The notes below the pieces were generated by a model that ran no database searches, had not been told where the DNA came from, and saw nothing but the letters and a program-made list of their open reading frames with translations. Positions 18,747 to 28,127 of a stretch of DNA of 64,000 nucleotides are shown piece after piece; positions within the stretch are counted from its first letter, which is position 1, and each line of letters begins with the position of its first letter. Source of the DNA: an uncultured Gemmatimonadaceae bacterium (GTDB lineage: Bacteria; Gemmatimonadota; Gemmatimonadetes; Gemmatimonadales; Gemmatimonadaceae); contig CAWFQK010000001.1 in assembly GCA_963817955.1 (NCBI GenBank), positions 256,001 to 320,000 of the forward strand. The letters are read 5' to 3'. The translations under genes were made by a program, and so were the position numbers.

Positions 18747-19156
18747 CGCAGCTACCCGAAGTCACGTTCCACATCTATCCGACCGACTGCGATATGCTCG
18801 GGCATCTGAACCATGCGACGATGCTCAACTTTCTCGAGCGCGCCCGGTGGGCGCTGCTGGAGCCGCAGATCGATATTCGTAACTGGGCAAAGCAGCCAGT
18901 GTACTCGGTGGTGCGGCATGTCGACATTGGATACATGGCACAGTCGCCGCCAGGTGAGGACCTGGTGATCCGCTCGGGGCTGCTCGCCATTCGTCGCACC
19001 AGCTATATCATCAAGCAGGAGGCGCGACTCGTCCGCAGTAATACGCTCGTGGCCGTCGCGTCAATCGTGTTCGTGGCGATTGACCAGACGGGAGCGCCGG
19101 TGCCAGTGCCCGACAGCTGGCGCGACATGCTGCCGCAGTGGCCGGAGCACGAGTGA
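18743..19156 (+). CDS. Acyl-CoA thioesterase (4HBT/YbgC hot-dog fold)
   Basis: DCDMLGHLNHATMLNFLERAR motif, ATGA overlap. Confidence 0.9.
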   Translation: MTQLPEVTFHIYPTDCDMLGHLNHATMLNFLERARWALLEPQIDIRNWAKQPVYSVVRHVDIGYMAQSPPGEDLVIRSGLLAIRRTSYIIKQEARLVRSNTLVAVASIVFVAIDQTGAPVPVPDSWRDMLPQWPEHE

Positions 19157-19947
19157 TTGCGCTCGTCGCGGACACGGAGATCGCGTTTGACGACGTCGGC
19201 TCAGGACTGCCGGTGGTGTTCATTCACGCCTTCCCGCTCAACCGCACGATGTGGGATCCGCAGGTGAGCGCGCTGGTCGCCGAGTGTCGCTGCATTCCTG
19301 TCGACCTTCGCGGATTCGGCGATTCGGCAGCAGCAGGGCCATACTCAATGGAGCGATACGCGGACGACGTGATGGGCGTGCTCGACACGCTGCAGATCGA
19401 GCGCGCGGTGATCGCCGGACTGTCGATGGGCGGGTACGTGGCGTTCGAAATCTGGCGTCGCTATTCCGCGCGCGTGCGCGCCCTCGTGCTGGCCGACACC
19501 CGCGCCGGCGCGGACACGGCAGAGACCGTGGCGCGGCGGCGCGAACTGATCGACGCGGCGACGACGCAAGGAAGCACCGCCGTCGCCAACGCACAGATCT
19601 CCGGACTCATGGGGAAAACGACGCGTGAGAAGCGGCACGACATCTACGACGCCATCCACCGCATGATGGCGCAGACGCCGCCCGAGGGAATCATCGGCGC
19701 GCTCGAGGCAATGATTGCTCGGCCGGATTCGACCGATACCCTGGCGACGATCGACGTACCGACACTGATCGTCGTGGGTGACGAGGATGTGCTCACGCCA
19801 CCAAAGGAAGCACGCGCGATGCAGACGGCGATTGTGGGAAGCCGGCTCGAGGTGCTGCCGCAGGCGGGACACCTGTCCAGCGTGGAGCGGCCAGCCTCCT
19901 TCAACACGGTCGTGACCGAGTTCCTCGGCAGCCTCCTCTACAATTAA
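19153..19947 (+). CDS. Alpha/beta hydrolase (PcaD-like)
   Basis: HAFP, DLRGFG, GLSMGG nucleophile, GDED, AGHL, GTGA overlap. Confidence 0.9.
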   Translation: MIALVADTEIAFDDVGSGLPVVFIHAFPLNRTMWDPQVSALVAECRCIPVDLRGFGDSAAAGPYSMERYADDVMGVLDTLQIERAVIAGLSMGGYVAFEIWRRYSARVRALVLADTRAGADTAETVARRRELIDAATTQGSTAVANAQISGLMGKTTREKRHDIYDAIHRMMAQTPPEGIIGALEAMIARPDSTDTLATIDVPTLIVVGDEDVLTPPKEARAMQTAIVGSRLEVLPQAGHLSSVERPASFNTVVTEFLGSLLYN

Positions 19948-19957
19948 CTTTCGACGG

Positions 19958-20587
19958 ATGCCACTCACCGCCCCCCCCACCACCTCGACCTCGGCGTCCG
20001 CTGCAGAACAGCGCACGAGCGCTCGGCTCGGCGCCGTGCTGTTTCGCAACAGGAGCTGGCTCCCGGTTCCCTTCCTGCTCGTCGCGCTGCTCGCTCCAGC
20101 CCATCCGACGGCCATCAACTGGATCGCCGGCGCGGTGCTGATCGTATTCGGCGAATGGATTCGGATGTCGGGCGTCGCCGCTGCCGGCACCGTGACGCGT
20201 CGCCGTTCACGCGACGTTCAGCGTCTCGTGACCTACGGCGTCTTCCGGTGGGTGCGCAACCCGCTGTACGTCGGGAATTTCTTCATCTGGATGGGCTTCG
20301 TGGTGATCTCGGGCGTGATGTGGTTCCTGCCCATCGCGATGGTCTTCTTCGGAATCGAATACACGCTCATCGTGGCCTACGAGGAAGGTGTGCTCGAGTC
20401 GATTTTCGGGCAGGAATACCTGGACTACAAGAAGACGACGGCCCGCTGGGTGCCGCGGCCGCCGGCATCGCCTGAGAGCGGGGAGCACGACTGGAGGGAA
20501 GCGTGGCGGAGCGAGATCTCGACGTTCATGCAGTACGGCGCTCTCGCCTTGGTGTTCGCAGGCAAGCAATGGTTCACGCGCGGTTAA
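19958..20587 (+). CDS. Isoprenylcysteine carboxyl methyltransferase/PEMT family membrane protein
   Basis: LVTYGVFRWVRNPLYVG, EEGVL, FGQEYLDY. Confidence 0.88.
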   Translation: MPLTAPPTTSTSASAAEQRTSARLGAVLFRNRSWLPVPFLLVALLAPAHPTAINWIAGAVLIVFGEWIRMSGVAAAGTVTRRRSRDVQRLVTYGVFRWVRNPLYVGNFFIWMGFVVISGVMWFLPIAMVFFGIEYTLIVAYEEGVLESIFGQEYLDYKKTTARWVPRPPASPESGEHDWREAWRSEISTFMQYGALALVFAGKQWFTRG

Positions 20588-20605
20588 CGCGCGGAGCTCA
20601 TGGCA

Positions 20606-20646
20606 CAGCATGAAGGCCTCGGGCGGTGCCCGAGGCCTTCATGCTG
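20606..20646. terminator. Perfect 19-bp inverted repeat between convergent genes
   Basis: CAGCATGAAGGCCTCGGGC-ggt-GCCCGAGGCCTTCATGCTG. Confidence 0.8.
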
Positions 20647-20651
20647 CGAAG

Positions 20652-20915
20652 CTACTTCTGAGGCCGTCCCGGCGGGTTGTCACTCTTGAACACATCCCGA
20701 TTGATCTGGATGTATTCCTTCATGTTTCCCGGTACGTCCTCCTCCGGGAAGATCGCCGTGACCGGGCATTCGGGCTCACAAGCACCGCAGTCGATGCACT
20801 CGTCCGGGTGAATGTAGAGCTGCTTCTCGCCTTCGTATATGCAATCGACCGGGCAGACGTCCACACAGGCGCGGTCCTTGGTGCCAATGCAAGCTTCGGT
20901 GATGACGTAGGGCAT
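20652..20915 (-). CDS. Ferredoxin (FdxA-like dicluster)
   Basis: C-x7-CVDVCPVDC and [12 protein letters not shown] motifs. Confidence 0.95.
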   Translation of the reverse strand: MPYVITEACIGTKDRACVDVCPVDCIYEGEKQLYIHPDECIDCGACEPECPVTAIFPEEDVPGNMKEYIQINRDVFKSDNPPGRPQK

Positions 20916-20999
20916 ACGGGCCTCGAGTAATCCTGCGATTTGAAGTCGTTGAGACTAAGATAGGTGCGTCCGCCGCATCGTCAACGGATGCTCCGACGA

Positions 21000-21308
21000 C
21001 TATCGCCAGGGAGGAATGTTGTCCTTGTTGCCCTTCAGCTCGGGGTTCTCGCGATAGATCGTTGCCGTCTTGCCAATGACTTGCACGACATCGGCGCCGA
21101 GAGCGACCGCAACTTCAGTCGCGGCGTCGCGCATATCGATGTCGGCGTTCTTGCCGAACTGGATCTTCACCAGTTCGTGCGTGCGTAGTGCGTCGTCGAT
21201 GGTCTGACGAACGGATTCGGAGAAACCGTGTTGGCCGAGGTGGACGGAGGCGCTCAGGGCGTTTGCTTCAGCGCGGAGTGCGGCGCGTTCCTTCGATGAG
21301 AGTGGCAT
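21000..21308 (-). CDS. yhbY: YhbY/CRM family RNA-binding protein
   Basis: LSSKERAALRAEA, HELVKI, VQVIGKTATIYR. Confidence 0.9.
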   Translation of the reverse strand: MPLSSKERAALRAEANALSASVHLGQHGFSESVRQTIDDALRTHELVKIQFGKNADIDMRDAATEVAVALGADVVQVIGKTATIYRENPELKGNKDNIPPWR

Positions 21309-21317
21309 GACGACAAG

Positions 21318-21986
21318 CTAGTCGTCGTGCGGCTGCCCCACGAGCCGTTTTCCGGCTGCGGTGTGCGGCAAGCCGCCCAGCGCCTCATATGGATCGATGG
21401 GCTCGCCATTCCAGTACTTCCCGTCAGCTGGCCAGCGCATGACCTGGAAGTGGAGGTGCGGCGTATCCTTCGGCGCGTTGCCAGTGGTGCCGACAAAGCC
21501 GAGCGTGTCGCCTTTCACGATTGAGCGACCCGGCGACATGGCATCGTTGTAATGATCCATGTGCGCGTAGTAATAGACGAATCGATTATCTGTATCGGCG
21601 GTGTACATGGTGATGCCGCCGAGCGTGTTCGACGTCATCCGGAGAATCCGTCCATCATCGGCGGACAGGATGGGGGTGCCGCGCGGTGCGAGAATGTCGA
21701 TCGCGTGGTGAGCCCGCTCGCCGCCGTCGCGGCCGTCGCCGAAGGTGTCCTCGAGCTTCGAGGGAGCGACGCCAGCAACGGGAACCAGGAGCCGTCGCGC
21801 TTCGAGATCGGTGGGCGACATCGACGTCGCACCGGCAGCCGGCGCCGGCGCTGGTACGCCAGGAAGCACCGCGGCTGCCTCGGGCTTGATACCGGCGCTC
21901 TCTGGCGTGGGATAGTAGAGCACCGGCCTCGCACAGGCGGTACCGAGAGCAAGCAGTGGGGCGAGGAGGATAGTGGGCCGCATCAC
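21318..21986 (-). CDS. M23 family metallopeptidase lipoprotein
   Basis: Lipobox LGTA-C, HHAID, YYAHM, GTTGNA, PHLHF. Confidence 0.92.
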   Translation of the reverse strand: MMRPTILLAPLLALGTACARPVLYYPTPESAGIKPEAAAVLPGVPAPAPAAGATSMSPTDLEARRLLVPVAGVAPSKLEDTFGDGRDGGERAHHAIDILAPRGTPILSADDGRILRMTSNTLGGITMYTADTDNRFVYYYAHMDHYNDAMSPGRSIVKGDTLGFVGTTGNAPKDTPHLHFQVMRWPADGKYWNGEPIDPYEALGGLPHTAAGKRLVGQPHDD

Positions 21987-22073
21987 GGGGTTGACGACTT
22001 TCAGGGAAAAAGGTTGCTGGATGTCGTCGTAGTACCGTCTGATGCGCGCGCGGGGTCAGTATATATTCACACC

Positions 22074-22277
22074 ATGGAACACACTGACCGCTACATCCCG
22101 GCCGACACCAACGCTGGATGGGGCTTTGCGTGCGGCGTTCTCCTTCTCGCGGCGTTTTGCATCGCGACCGCTACTTATATCCATAAGCGGACGTACAGGC
22201 ATCCGACGGACGTCACCTGGCATGGTAAGGGATCGGGCGATCAGACGCCGCCAGCTGCAGGCTCGCGGCAACAGTAG
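22074..22277 (+). CDS. Small single-TM hypothetical protein (67 aa)
   Basis: ATG 22074, one hydrophobic helix, followed by its own terminator. Confidence 0.65.
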   Translation: MEHTDRYIPADTNAGWGFACGVLLLAAFCIATATYIHKRTYRHPTDVTWHGKGSGDQTPPAAGSRQQ

Positions 22278-22299
22278 AAGGTCTCGACGTTTGCCCATG

Positions 22300-22325
22300 G
22301 CGGGACCAACTGGTCCCGCTTTTTT
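22300..22325 (+). terminator. Intrinsic terminator
   Basis: GCGGGACC/GGTCCCGC stem followed by TTTTTT. Confidence 0.85.
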
Positions 22326-22394
22326 GTCGTCTGCGACGCACCGTTCTCCAGGGACGGACGCTAGGGACACACGCTCCCCTAGCCTTCCAGACCT

Positions 22395-22419
22395 ATACCC
22401 GACTAATTTTATCTGCTTG
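22395..22419 (+). promoter_or_regulatory. Candidate IscR/Rrf2 type-1-like operator upstream of suf
   Basis: ATACCCGACTAATTT fits the left half of the consensus ATASYYGACTRWWWYAGTCRRSTAT, the right half is degenerate. AT-rich patch in GC-rich DNA. Confidence 0.5.
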
Positions 22420-22586
22420 GCTGAATCTGCCTGAATTTGGCGACGGCGCCGAGCGGGCATATGGCTGGGACGAGTCCGCAAGCGGTCCACCGAACACGAG
22501 CTGGGCCGCGTTCTCGGGAACGGTTGTCGCGTTCTCGTCTGAGCCATCGCCGAACGGCGATTTTGCGCAGCTACGTGGAGCTACAG

Positions 22587-24020
22587 ATGAGCAGTTCGAT
22601 CGAGAACCTGATCAGCCGGGAGTACCAGCACGGATTCGTGACCGACATCGCGTCGGACACGTTTCCACCTGGACTGAGCGAGGACGTCGTCCGCGCCATT
22701 TCGGCCAAGAAGAACGAGCCTGCTTTCATGGTCGAGTGGCGGCTGAGGGCCTATCGCCGTTGGCTGTCCATGAAGGAGCCGCACTGGCCGAACGTGACGT
22801 ACGGTCCGATCGACTACCAGGGCATCAGCTACTACTCGGCGCCCAAGACCAACAAGCCGCTCGGTAGCATCGATGAAGTAGATCCCGAGCTGCTGAAGAC
22901 GTACACGAAGCTCGGCATTCCACTCGCCGAGCAGAAGTTTCTCGCTGGCGTCGCCGTCGATGCGATCTTCGACTCCGTGTCGGTGGGCACGACGATGCGC
23001 GAAGAGCTGGCCAAGCACGGTATCATTTTTTGCTCGTTCGGCGACGCGTTGCGCGAGCATCCCGATCTCGTGGAGAAGTACCTCGGCTCCGTGGTTCCGT
23101 ACAGCGACAACTTCTTCGCGGCGCTCAACAGCGCCGTCTTCTCCGACGGCTCGTTCGTGTACGTGCCGAAGGGGGTACGCTGCCCGGTGGAGCTTTCGAC
23201 GTACTTCCGCATCAACTCGGCAGACACCGGCCAATTCGAGCGGACGCTGATCGTGGCCGACGAGGGAGCGTACGTCAGCTACCTCGAGGGCTGCACGGCG
23301 CCAAAGCGGAGCACGAATCAGCTGCACGCGGCCGTGGTCGAGTTGGTCGCGCTGAAGGGCGCGACGATCAAGTACTCGACCGTTCAGAATTGGTACGCGG
23401 GCGACAAGGAAGGCCGGGGCGGCATCTACAACTTCGTCACCAAACGCGGCAAGGCGGCGGAGAATGCGAAGATCTCGTGGACGCAAGTGGAGACCGGGAG
23501 CGCGATCACGTGGAAGTATCCAAGCGTGATCCTGCAGGGTGACAACGCCGTGGGCGAGTTCTACAGCGTGGCAGTGGTGAACAACAAGCAGCAAGCCGAT
23601 ACGGGCACGAAGATGATCCATATCGGCCGGAACACGAGGTCGACCGTCGTCTCGAAGGGCATCTCGGCGGGCGAGGGCAACAACTCCTATCGTGGCCGGG
23701 TGCAGGTGTTGCCGAAAGCGACGGGCGCGCGCAATTACACGCAGTGTGACTCGATGCTCGTCGGCAATCGCTGTGGGGCGCACACGTTTCCGTACATTGA
23801 AGTGGGCAACAACAGCGCCATCGTCGAGCACGAGGCATCGACTTCGAAGATCGGGGAAGACCAGATCTTCTATCTGAAACAGCGCGGGCTGAGCGCCGAA
23901 CAGGCGGTCTCGATGATCGTCAGCGGATTCTGCAAGGAAGTGTTCAAGGAATTGCCGATGGAGTTCGCGCTGGAGGCGCAGGCGCTGCTCGGCATCACGT
24001 TGGAAGGGAGCGTCGGGTAA
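22587..24020 (+). CDS. sufB: Fe-S cluster assembly protein SufB
   Basis: [62 protein letters not shown]. Confidence 0.97.
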   Translation: MSSSIENLISREYQHGFVTDIASDTFPPGLSEDVVRAISAKKNEPAFMVEWRLRAYRRWLSMKEPHWPNVTYGPIDYQGISYYSAPKTNKPLGSIDEVDPELLKTYTKLGIPLAEQKFLAGVAVDAIFDSVSVGTTMREELAKHGIIFCSFGDALREHPDLVEKYLGSVVPYSDNFFAALNSAVFSDGSFVYVPKGVRCPVELSTYFRINSADTGQFERTLIVADEGAYVSYLEGCTAPKRSTNQLHAAVVELVALKGATIKYSTVQNWYAGDKEGRGGIYNFVTKRGKAAENAKISWTQVETGSAITWKYPSVILQGDNAVGEFYSVAVVNNKQQADTGTKMIHIGRNTRSTVVSKGISAGEGNNSYRGRVQVLPKATGARNYTQCDSMLVGNRCGAHTFPYIEVGNNSAIVEHEASTSKIGEDQIFYLKQRGLSAEQAVSMIVSGFCKEVFKELPMEFALEAQALLGITLEGSVG

Positions 24021-24028
24021 CCAGGACC

Positions 24029-24799
24029 ATGCCACTACTCGAGATCAAGGGCCTGCGGGCCAACGTCGGCGATAAGGAAATTCTCAAGGGATTGGATCTC
24101 ACGGTCGATGCCGGCGAGATCCACGCCGTGATGGGACCGAACGGCTCCGGCAAGAGCACTCTGGCGCAGGTACTGGCCGGCAACCCGGCGTACCAGGTGA
24201 CGGCGGGGTCGGTCGCCTACGGCGGCGAGGATCTGCTGGCGATGGATCCGGAAGTGCGCGCGCAGCGCGGCATCTTCCTCGCCTTTCAATACCCGATCGA
24301 AATTCCGGGTGTGTCGAACGCCTATTTTCTGCGCGCCGCGTACAACGAAATTCGCAAGGCACGCGGCGGTGAGGAGGTCGACCCGCTCGAGTTCGCCGAT
24401 TTGATGGAGGAGAAGCTCAAGATCGTCGACATGGATCCGGCCATGCTCAGCCGGTCGGTGAATCACGGATTCTCTGGTGGCGAGAAGAAGCGAAACGAGA
24501 TCCTCCAGATGGCGGTGCTCGAGCCGAAGCTTGCCATCCTCGACGAGACCGATTCGGGACTCGACATCGACGCGCTGCGCGTCGTGGCCGACGGAGTGAA
24601 CAAGCTGAAGCAGCCAGACAATGCGACGATCGTCGTGACGCATTATCAACGGCTGCTCAACTACATCGTTCCCGACTATGTGCACGTGTTGGCCAACGGG
24701 CGCATTCTGAAGTCGGGCCACAAGGACCTGGCGCTCGAGCTCGAGGAGAAGGGCTACGACTGGGTGACGGGTGGAATGCCGGCGGGAGTCTCGGCGTGA
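24029..24799 (+). CDS. sufC: Fe-S cluster assembly ATPase SufC
   Basis: GPNGSGKST, FLAFQYPIEIPGV, FSGGEKKR, LDETDSGLDID. Confidence 0.97.
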   Translation: MPLLEIKGLRANVGDKEILKGLDLTVDAGEIHAVMGPNGSGKSTLAQVLAGNPAYQVTAGSVAYGGEDLLAMDPEVRAQRGIFLAFQYPIEIPGVSNAYFLRAAYNEIRKARGGEEVDPLEFADLMEEKLKIVDMDPAMLSRSVNHGFSGGEKKRNEILQMAVLEPKLAILDETDSGLDIDALRVVADGVNKLKQPDNATIVVTHYQRLLNYIVPDYVHVLANGRILKSGHKDLALELEEKGYDWVTGGMPAGVSA

Positions 24800-26112
24800 C
24801 CACTCCGGTCGTCTCGGGTAGCGCCGAATCGTACGTCGCCGCATTCGAGGAACTGACGTCCGACACGACCGCGGCGCCGGCCTGGGTGCAGTCGGTGCGC
24901 CGGGCCGCGTTTGACCGTTTTGCGGCACTCGGCTTCCCGACCACCAAGAACGAAGATTGGCACTTCACCACCGTCTCGCCGATCGCCGATCGCGACTTCA
25001 CCTTGCTGCAGGCGAAGAGCGGCGACGTGCGTCGCGATGAGCTGGCGCCATTCCGTTTCGGCGCGGAGAACTGGCACACGATGGTGTTCGTGAATGGCCG
25101 CTTCGCGCCCGAGCTGTCGGACTGTGTCACGCTCCCAGCGGGCGTCAGGGTGTGGGACCTGGCGTCGGCGTGGACCAAGGCGCCGGACGTCGTCGATCGC
25201 ATCGGCAAGGTGGCGAGCTACGACACGCAGAGCTTCACGGCGCTCAACACGGCATTCATGCACGACGGCGCGGTCGTCCAGATCTCGAAGCAGACAGAGC
25301 TCGCCCGGCCGATCCACCTGCTGTACGTCACTGACGCCAACGCCGCGAAGGGGATGATGCATCCGCGCAACCTCATCCTTGTCGGGCGGCAGTCGAAGGC
25401 GACCGTGATCGAGAGCTACGTCTCGACGACTGACGCGATGTACTTCGCCAATCCCGTGACTGAAGTGACGCTTGCCGAGGGCGCCACGCTGCGGCACTAC
25501 ACGATGCAGCGGGAGTCGGAGCGGGCGTTGCACGTCGGGACGACCGAGGTGATGCAGGGACGCGACAGTCACTATGTCTCGTTCTCGTTCGCCACCGGGG
25601 CAGCGCTGTCCCGCTCGAACGTCTACACCACCCTCGACGGCGAGGGCAGCGGCGCAACGCTGAACGGGCTCTTCATGCTCGACGGCGAGCAGCACTCGGA
25701 CCACCAGACACAGATCGTGCACGCGCAGCCGAACACGTTCAGCCGAGAGCTCTACAAGGCCGTCCTCGACGGTCGCGCGCACGGCGTGTTCAATGGCAAG
25801 GTGTACGTCCATCCGGTTGCGCAGAAGGCCGACGGCAAGCAGACGAACAACACACTGCTCCTGTCCGACACCGCGCAGATCGACACCAAGCCGCAGCTCG
25901 AGATCTTTGCCGATGACGTGAAGTGCACGCACGGCGCAACGGTGGGGCAGATCGATCAGACGGCGCTCTTCTACCTAAAGAGCCGGGGCATCCCCGAGCA
26001 CTTCGCCCGCCGTCTCCTCACCTACGCCTTCGCGGCGGACGTGCTGGAGAAGATCGAAGTCGACGAGGTGCGGGAAGCCTTGGAGACGATGGCCCTGGAA
26101 CGGTTCGTCTAA
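24796..26112 (+). CDS. sufD: Fe-S cluster assembly protein SufD
   Basis: FPTTKNEDWHFT, FTALN, KPQLEIFADDVKCTHGAT. Confidence 0.96.
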   Translation: MTTPVVSGSAESYVAAFEELTSDTTAAPAWVQSVRRAAFDRFAALGFPTTKNEDWHFTTVSPIADRDFTLLQAKSGDVRRDELAPFRFGAENWHTMVFVNGRFAPELSDCVTLPAGVRVWDLASAWTKAPDVVDRIGKVASYDTQSFTALNTAFMHDGAVVQISKQTELARPIHLLYVTDANAAKGMMHPRNLILVGRQSKATVIESYVSTTDAMYFANPVTEVTLAEGATLRHYTMQRESERALHVGTTEVMQGRDSHYVSFSFATGAALSRSNVYTTLDGEGSGATLNGLFMLDGEQHSDHQTQIVHAQPNTFSRELYKAVLDGRAHGVFNGKVYVHPVAQKADGKQTNNTLLLSDTAQIDTKPQLEIFADDVKCTHGATVGQIDQTALFYLKSRGIPEHFARRLLTYAFAADVLEKIEVDEVREALETMALERFV

Positions 26113-26137
26113 CAGCCAAGAACCAGCATCACGCCTC

Positions 26138-26620
26138 ATGTCCACCGAAGCGCTGTACCAAGAGCTCATCCTCGAGCACAACCGGAAGCCGCGCAATTTC
26201 CGCGAGATCGCGGATGCGGATCGCATGGTAGAGGGACGGAATCCGCTGTGCGGAGACGCGCTCACGATCTGGGTAAAGATGGACGGCGACCGGGTCGCTG
26301 ACGTGAGCTTCCAGGGACACGGGTGTGCGATCTCCAAGGCGTCTGCTTCGCTGATGACAGTGGCCGTGAAGGGTAAGAGCCGCGCCGAGGCGGAGCAGAT
26401 TTTCGAGCGGTTCCATCGCCTGGTGCTCGGTGAGCTACCGGCATCCGAGCATGCATCGCTTGGCTCGCTCCGCGCACTCGGTGGCGTGGCGAAGTTTCCG
26501 CTGCGCGTGAAGTGCGCCAGCCTCGCGTGGCACGCACTGCATTCGGCGCTCGCGACGACCGAGCAGGAGGTGTCCACCGAGCGCGAAGGACCCGAGCCGC
26601 CGCCGCTGGAAGGGGCATGA
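26138..26620 (+). CDS. sufU: SUF system NifU-family protein SufU
   Basis: LYQELILEH, NPLCGD, GCAISKASAS, RVKCA. Confidence 0.94.
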   Translation: MSTEALYQELILEHNRKPRNFREIADADRMVEGRNPLCGDALTIWVKMDGDRVADVSFQGHGCAISKASASLMTVAVKGKSRAEAEQIFERFHRLVLGELPASEHASLGSLRALGGVAKFPLRVKCASLAWHALHSALATTEQEVSTEREGPEPPPLEGA

Positions 26621-27819
26621 TAGTCGACCGCTCCGATTTTCCGCTGCTCGCATCGAATCCTGAACTGCACTATCTCGATTCGGCAGCCACGTCGCAGAAA
26701 CCGCGTGCGGTACTCGACGCGATGATGCACTACTACACACACGACAACGCCAATCCGCACCGCGGCGCCTACACGCTGTCGGCGCGTGCCACCGACGCAT
26801 ATCACGATGCGCGGACGCGCATCGCGCGGTTCGTGGGTGTGCAGGATGCGGCACGTCTCATCTTCACGCGCGGCACGACGGAATCCCTCAATCTCGTCGC
26901 CGCGGCGTGGGGGCGCGCGAACCTCGCGGTCCGCGATGAGATCGTCGTCACAGGCTTGGAGCATCACGCCAATTTCGTCCCGTGGCAGCAGATAGCTCGC
27001 GAGAAAGGTGCGACGCTCCGCATTTGCGGTATCACGAGCGATGGACGCATCGATGTCGGGCAATTCTCGTCGCTGATCGGCCCACGGACGAAGGTCGTCT
27101 CGTTCGGCCATGTCTCGAACGCACTGGGAACGATCAATCCGATCGCCGAACTCGCGGCCATGGCGCGCCGCGTCGGTGCTGTCGTCGTGTGCGATGGTGC
27201 GCAGGCGGCGCCGCATCTGCCGCTGAACATCGATGGGCTCGACGTGGACTTCTACGCCTTTAGCGGCCACAAGATGCTCGGCCCCATGGGGTGCGGCGTA
27301 CTGGTCGGCAAGCGCGCGCTACTCGAGTCCATGCCGCCGTATCAGACCGGCGGCGACATGATCGAATATGTCGGGGACGAGCACAGCACCTGGAACGTGT
27401 TGCCGCACAAGTTCGAGGCGGGAACGCCGAACGTTGCCGACGCGATCGGCTTGGCCGCCGCGTGCGCGTATCTCGAGCGCGTCGGCATGGCGAACGTCCG
27501 GCGGCATGAGCAGCAGCTCACGGCGCTCGCGTCGGAACGGCTATCAGCAATTTCCGGCGTGCGCGTGTACGGTCCGCCCGCCGCCGAGCGCAGTGGCGTC
27601 GTGAGCTTCACCGTTGGCGATATCCACCCGCACGATCTGGCGACGATTCTCGATGAGACCGGCGTATGCGTTCGCGCCGGCCATCATTGTGCGCAGCCGC
27701 TCATGAGGCGGCTGGACGTGCCGGCCACGGCGCGCGCGTCCTTTTACATCTACAACACCGAGGCCGACGTCGACGCATTGGTCGCCGGAGTCGAGCACGC
27801 ACGGGAGGTTTTCGGCTGA
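26617..27819 (+). CDS. sufS: Cysteine desulfurase SufS (group II)
   Basis: YLDSAATSQKP, EHHAN, SGHKMLGP, RAGHHCA. ATGA overlap with sufU. Confidence 0.95.
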   Translation: MIVDRSDFPLLASNPELHYLDSAATSQKPRAVLDAMMHYYTHDNANPHRGAYTLSARATDAYHDARTRIARFVGVQDAARLIFTRGTTESLNLVAAAWGRANLAVRDEIVVTGLEHHANFVPWQQIAREKGATLRICGITSDGRIDVGQFSSLIGPRTKVVSFGHVSNALGTINPIAELAAMARRVGAVVVCDGAQAAPHLPLNIDGLDVDFYAFSGHKMLGPMGCGVLVGKRALLESMPPYQTGGDMIEYVGDEHSTWNVLPHKFEAGTPNVADAIGLAAACAYLERVGMANVRRHEQQLTALASERLSAISGVRVYGPPAAERSGVVSFTVGDIHPHDLATILDETGVCVRAGHHCAQPLMRRLDVPATARASFYIYNTEADVDALVAGVEHAREVFG

Positions 27820-28121
27820 TGTACGCCATCGCGATCATTCGTTATCGCCGGCCGCTCGAAGAAGTGCTCGACGTCACCGAACGGCATCGCGCCTACCTCC
27901 GTGAGCTCAAGGATGAAGGCGTGCTGATTGCCTCGGGCCCGATGAATCCACGCACGGGCGGCCTCCTGCTGCTCAACGTGCCCGACGACAATGTCGTCGC
28001 GAACCTGGACCGCATTCGTGATGGCGATCCGTACGTGAAGTTCGGGTTGGCACAATACGAGTCGATTCCATGGTCGGTGGGACTCGGGAAGGAAGATCTG
28101 GATCGGATCGCCGAGGGCTGA
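27819..28121 (+). CDS. YciI family protein
   Basis: HRAYL, IASGP, RTGG, DPY. ATG overlaps the sufS TGA. Confidence 0.85.
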   Translation: MYAIAIIRYRRPLEEVLDVTERHRAYLRELKDEGVLIASGPMNPRTGGLLLLNVPDDNVVANLDRIRDGDPYVKFGLAQYESIPWSVGLGKEDLDRIAEG

Positions 28122-28127
28122 ACGGCC

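Noticed and set aside
22581..25932. Long antisense ORFs over suf and other genes
   Set aside because: Expected shadow frames in high-GC coding DNA, Arg/Ala/His-rich with no motifs.
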